A DNA stretch of 64,000 nt, from assembly GCF_009914755.1 (NCBI RefSeq), contig NC_060941.1; one strand, 5' to 3'. This document shows positions 1-64,000 of the stretch, in pieces (the stretch's first letter is position 1; every line of letters begins with the position of its first letter). The notes below the pieces were generated by a model. That model was not told where the DNA came from. It saw nothing but the letters and a program-made list of their open reading frames with translations, and made no database searches. The stretch is from the human T2T-CHM13v2.0 reference genome, Homo sapiens. Both the position numbers and the translations under genes were made by a program.

Positions 1-11669
<11,669 letters not shown>

Positions 11670-12013
11670 GAGGAGTGCAGGCCGGGGAGAGAAGAGGATG
11701 AGGCCTCCCCCGGCCCAAGTCTCACCCACATGGTCTGCCTTGGATGCTATCAGATCACTGTTCTAGAACCTGCCTCAGCACAGCCCAGCCGGCCCACATG
11801 CAGGCCATGAGGCAGGGGCTGCTATCACGTCACCAGCAGGCAAAGAAAACAGCCAGACCCTCTCCAGGACGGCCTGGGGCCAAAGCGGGCTGCAGGAACT
11901 CGGCTGGGGCACCTGAGGTTGCCCAGTCTGAGGGAGATGCCCACCCGACCCCAGGCTCCGCCCAGGCCCCACATTAGCACAAGCCCAGGCATGGGAGAAA
12001 CAGCTGCTGAGGA

Positions 12014-12019
12014 AATAAA
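12014..12019 (+). terminator. MYO15B: MYO15B poly(A) signal AATAAA
   Basis: AATAAA ~345 nt after the stop codon, with a TG-rich stretch (tgtgtg) ~20 nt downstream. Confidence 0.85.
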
Positions 12020-12073
12020 ACTCCCTGGAGAAAAGGGCTGTGTGCACGCCTGCATGCCCCACAACAACACAAC

Positions 12074-12079
12074 TTTATT
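12074..12079 (-). terminator. RECQL5: RECQL5 (beta) poly(A) signal AATAAA
   Basis: tttatt on +; followed on - by gttgtgttgttgtgggg (GU-rich); ~530 nt after the RECQL5 stop. Confidence 0.85.
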
Positions 12080-12606
12080 CCTCTCCCAAACATCTGTCAG
12101 GCCTGGCCTTCCTGAGCAGGAGCTGAGCAGGAACAGGGCCTGGCTGCCTCTCCTCTGCCACAGCTCTGACCTGGGCAAGGCTGGAAGCTGGCATCGTAAT
12201 GGATGGGGGAGTGGGTGGAGGATCTGAGGGTCCCCTGGGTAGGTTCCGATACCTTGGACAGGTGGGCCTCATCCTGACTTAGAACTCGGGGAGGGGCCAC
12301 TCTTCCTTCCCCTTCTTCCAGCAGCAGCTCCACCACCCTCCACCTTCTGTCCTCGACATGTGTCCCAGAAAACCCAGCCATGAGGACCGCTCTGAGAAGG
12401 GTCTATAGGCTTTGCAAGCAGAAAGAAAGGTGGGCTGACCTCTGACCTGGATTCAGGGGGTGTCTGGGGTCATCCCCAAAGCCAAGTATGGTTGGAAAGG
12501 AGAAGGACTGAGAAAAGACGATGGCCCTGGCATCAGCAGGTGAGGCCCAGGATGACCCATGCTAGAATCTGGGGGAGGACGCGGGCCCTGCCCAGCCAGC
12601 AGTTGG

Positions 12607-51743
<39,137 letters not shown>

Positions 51744-51757
51744 CTTAGCCAAGAACA

Positions 51758-52229
51758 GTGGCCAAAGGTTAAGGCAAAGGTAGTAAAAGGTTGCCACGAG
51801 AACCCTCTGTTTTGCATTAAAAATACAGATTATTTTTCTGTAACAATTTGCTATATTACACTTAAATAATGTATTATTTTTAAGTAATAAAGCTGAAGGT
51901 GAACTGCCTCAAGCAATACATTCCTCAGTAATTAACATCTCCACTTTTACGCTCAATGAAAATGAAAACATTGAACTATTCCAGGCCACGGTATAGCACA
52001 GAGCTAGAAATCAGATCAAGAGAAGAAACATAAATGTCTTCAGAACAGCTTGGAGAACGGGGAACCGTTTTCCTAAGATCCACCACCTGCTCCTACTTCT
52101 ATAAGCGCAACCACGACGACCGTTCTTCCACCCCGGGACCCCGAACCCCTTCTCCCGTCTTCCTGAGCCCAAGATCCGCAATTTTCTCTCTTGGCTGGCC
52201 GACACCTCCCTCTCTTCACCCTAAGATAT
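51758..52229 (-). other. RECQL5: U12-type (minor spliceosome) AT-AC intron 1 of RECQL5, in the 5'UTR
   Basis: On -: donor TCTG|ATATCTT, branch site GCCTTAAC (51775-51768), acceptor GGCCAC|TGTTCTTGGCTAAGATG; no canonical AG acceptor immediately before the coding exon. Confidence 0.88.
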
Positions 52230-52390
52230 CAGAACCGGCCGTGGTCCGCCCAAGAATTAAAGGCTGCTGGCTGGTTCCGGAACTGTTCGAAGACCCCTAT
52301 ACACAACCCCAACTCAGAGAAGCCAAAGCGCTGGGAATTCAGCTTTAGGCAGAACCCACGCAATCTTATATCCGTCGCGCAGTGATGACG
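52230..52390 (-). other. RECQL5: RECQL5 non-coding exon 1 (start approximate)
   Basis: Lies between the CpG-rich promoter and the AT-AC donor at 52229. Confidence 0.75.
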
Positions 52391-52558
52391 TAGCGCGAGC
52401 GCTGGCATGAGGGCGGAGCCAGGCGCAGGAAACTGCCGTTTTGATTGGTTTCCAGTGTGGCGCGGGGGTCTCCTGGGATCCGAAAGAACCTGCCTTTCCG
52501 CCCGGAAGTCGGCGTCTTGAGTCATAGGAGTGAGCCACGCCCGGGCTGTGGGAATAAG

Positions 52559-52565
<7 letters not shown>
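52360..52565. promoter_or_regulatory. CpG-rich bidirectional promoter of RECQL5 and SAP30BP
   Basis: TGATGACGTA (ATF/CRE-like) 52383-52392, GC box, ATTGG (CCAAT) 52444-52448, CCGGAAGT (ETS/GABP) 52502-52509, TGAGTCA (AP-1) 52518-52524, AAGATGGCGG (YY1) 52556-52565. Confidence 0.85.
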
Positions 52566-57044
<4,479 letters not shown>

Positions 57045-57855
57045 GTATTTGGTGTTGGCTGTGGTGGGTGGCTGGATGCAAACAAGGTGTTTGAACACTG
57101 TGGCTCAGTTCGTATGTTTGGTCAAGATCTGTCCCACTGACAAACTGTGCAACTGTGTGGACATTTTCTGGGATAAAATAAGCTTTATAAAGAAAGAACC
57201 TGGAGACAACTCAGGAATGAACAAATCCTGAGACACATTGGATTTCCAGCCTTTCAGATTGTGCCATATCTCCTGACTAGAAAGGCGAGAGGCCTGGCTG
57301 AGGCCAACAACCCACTTGCATTCTGCATCCCAGATGGGGCTTTAAGTGTCACTGCCCTGCAGGTGGATTAGTCTGTTTCTAGACCCAGGAAGGTGTAAGG
57401 GCCGCCTCGCGTGCTTTGGGTTCTCTTTAGTCATCTAGAAGTGAACAAGAGGCTATAAGAAGGTCAGACCAAAATGAGGCCTCTCCCCAGCTCTCAGGGA
57501 TGGTGGGTCTAATGCTCATTTTCCTGGGGGTGTGTCCATCCACTTTTGGGCAAGCTGTACAGAATGGTCTTTTTCGGAACAACATAACTATTCTCATAGT
57601 GTCATCCTAGTAGCAGCCAAGAGTAATTTGTAGCAATTCCTATCACATTCCATAATGATCTGTTGTGAAGGTTAAGACACCCTTGTGTTGGTTAAGCTGC
57701 TGTGCTGTGCATTGGCCATTAGAAATGTGTACTTGCTGAAGAGTCATTTTTTATGAGGAAAAACTTCCCCCCTGTACCCCCAAAGAAAAAGACTTAATTA
57801 TATCACTCTAGACCCGGGGAATAAGGACCCATTTTGCAGTTAAAAACTGCTTTGA

Positions 57856-60645
<2,790 letters not shown>

Positions 60646-60665
60646 TAAGATCTTTTAATTTTTTT

Positions 60666-63100
<2,435 letters not shown>

Positions 63101-63411
63101 AAAACTACTATTATTCTAAAACAGAAATCATGGGTCAGTGATTCAGTAGTTGTTTGAGAACTGTTTTTATTGCTCTGAAAATGTCCGTTAAGTTGTTAGC
63201 CTTATGGGGTCTTGAGCCATGTTGAGGGTGGGTTAGTATTCAGAGTAAGATGATTCAGCCCTGGCATGGTGGGGAGGAGTTCAAGCTCTGGAATGAGACT
63301 GGGGTTTTCTTGGGGAAGTCCTTTAACCTCAGTTTTTCTCATCGCGAAAATAATCATCATAATAAAATCTGTCTCATTTATTTTAAGGTTCAACTAAGTA
63401 AAAATAAAATG

Positions 63412-63644
63412 CAGTTGTCCCTCACTATCTGTGGGGATCCCAGGACCCCCTCCTCAGATGCTCAAGGTTCTGATATAAAATGGTGTAGCATTTGCATTTA
63501 GCCTTGGGAATCCTTCTGGATACTTTAAATCATCTTATGATACTTGATACAATGTAAATGGCTGTGTAACTAGTTGTTAGACTGTGTTGTTTAGGGAATA
63601 ATGACAAGCAAAAAAGTCTGACACGTTCAACACAGACACAATTT

Positions 63645-63682
<38 letters not shown>

Positions 63683-63735
63683 TGGAGGTGAGTTCTGGCC
63701 ATGGATTCAGAACCACAGATCCAGAGGGCCGGCTG
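63412..63735 (+). mobile_element. MER2 (Tigger-derived) element containing a (CA)16 microsatellite at 63649-63680
   Basis: cagttgtccctc..atactttaaatcatct..tttagggaataatgacaag..agagggccggctg. Confidence 0.8.
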
Positions 63736-64000
63736 TACTCGACTCAGTATGTCTGGTGTGTGTTTGTTCAGTAGCATTGGCTGAACTGACCATCACTTCC
63801 AGTTCCACCTGTGCACACTTCCCAGGCTGGTCATACCATGTTGTCGGCCGGTTTTGGAAGAGCAGATTCCATGTTTTAAACTGGAGTGCTCTCAGAAGAG
63901 CAGTCATAAAGGTGAGGGGACTCAAAAGCACATCACCTGAGGGAAAGGTAGAGCTGGAAGACAGAAGACTCGGGAAGAGCCGGGGTTGCGCTCTGGTGTT

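Noticed and set aside
51744-51797. N-terminal extension of RECQL5 ([18 protein letters not shown]) in the ORF track
   Set aside because: GTG start lying inside the AT-AC intron
52445-52558. N-terminal extension of SAP30BP in the ORF track
   Set aside because: TTG start within the promoter; the recognised protein begins MAGKK at 52559

Overview
Human (primate) genomic DNA from the MYO15B-RECQL5-SAP30BP locus, recognised from the encoded proteins. The first 12 kb hold the last 33 coding exons of MYO15B (+; proline-rich tail, SH3, MyTH4, FERM), which I could splice into one stop-free frame of about 1255 aa. The complete RECQL5 gene (-) runs from a shared promoter at about 52.4 kb to a poly(A) signal at 12.07 kb. 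Its 19 coding exons total 2976 nt (991 aa, beta isoform), and the short alpha (410 aa) and gamma (435 aa) ends are also visible. Two antisense micropeptide genes, SMIM5 (77 aa) and SMIM6/endoregulin (62 aa), are nested in the 19.5-kb RECQL5 intron. SAP30BP (+) starts head-to-head with RECQL5, and exons 1-3 are in the window. Highlights: a U12-type AT-AC intron in the RECQL5 5'UTR; two similarly spaced convergent AATAAA pairs, one at each RECQL5 3' end; nested genes placed exactly in the intron that separates short from full-length RECQL5; and two ultra-short TSD-flanked retro-insertions. The right half is dense in Alus and DNA-transposon relics. The genes themselves are known. The proposed regulatory links are inferences. 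Repeat boundaries are approximate and were read by eye.
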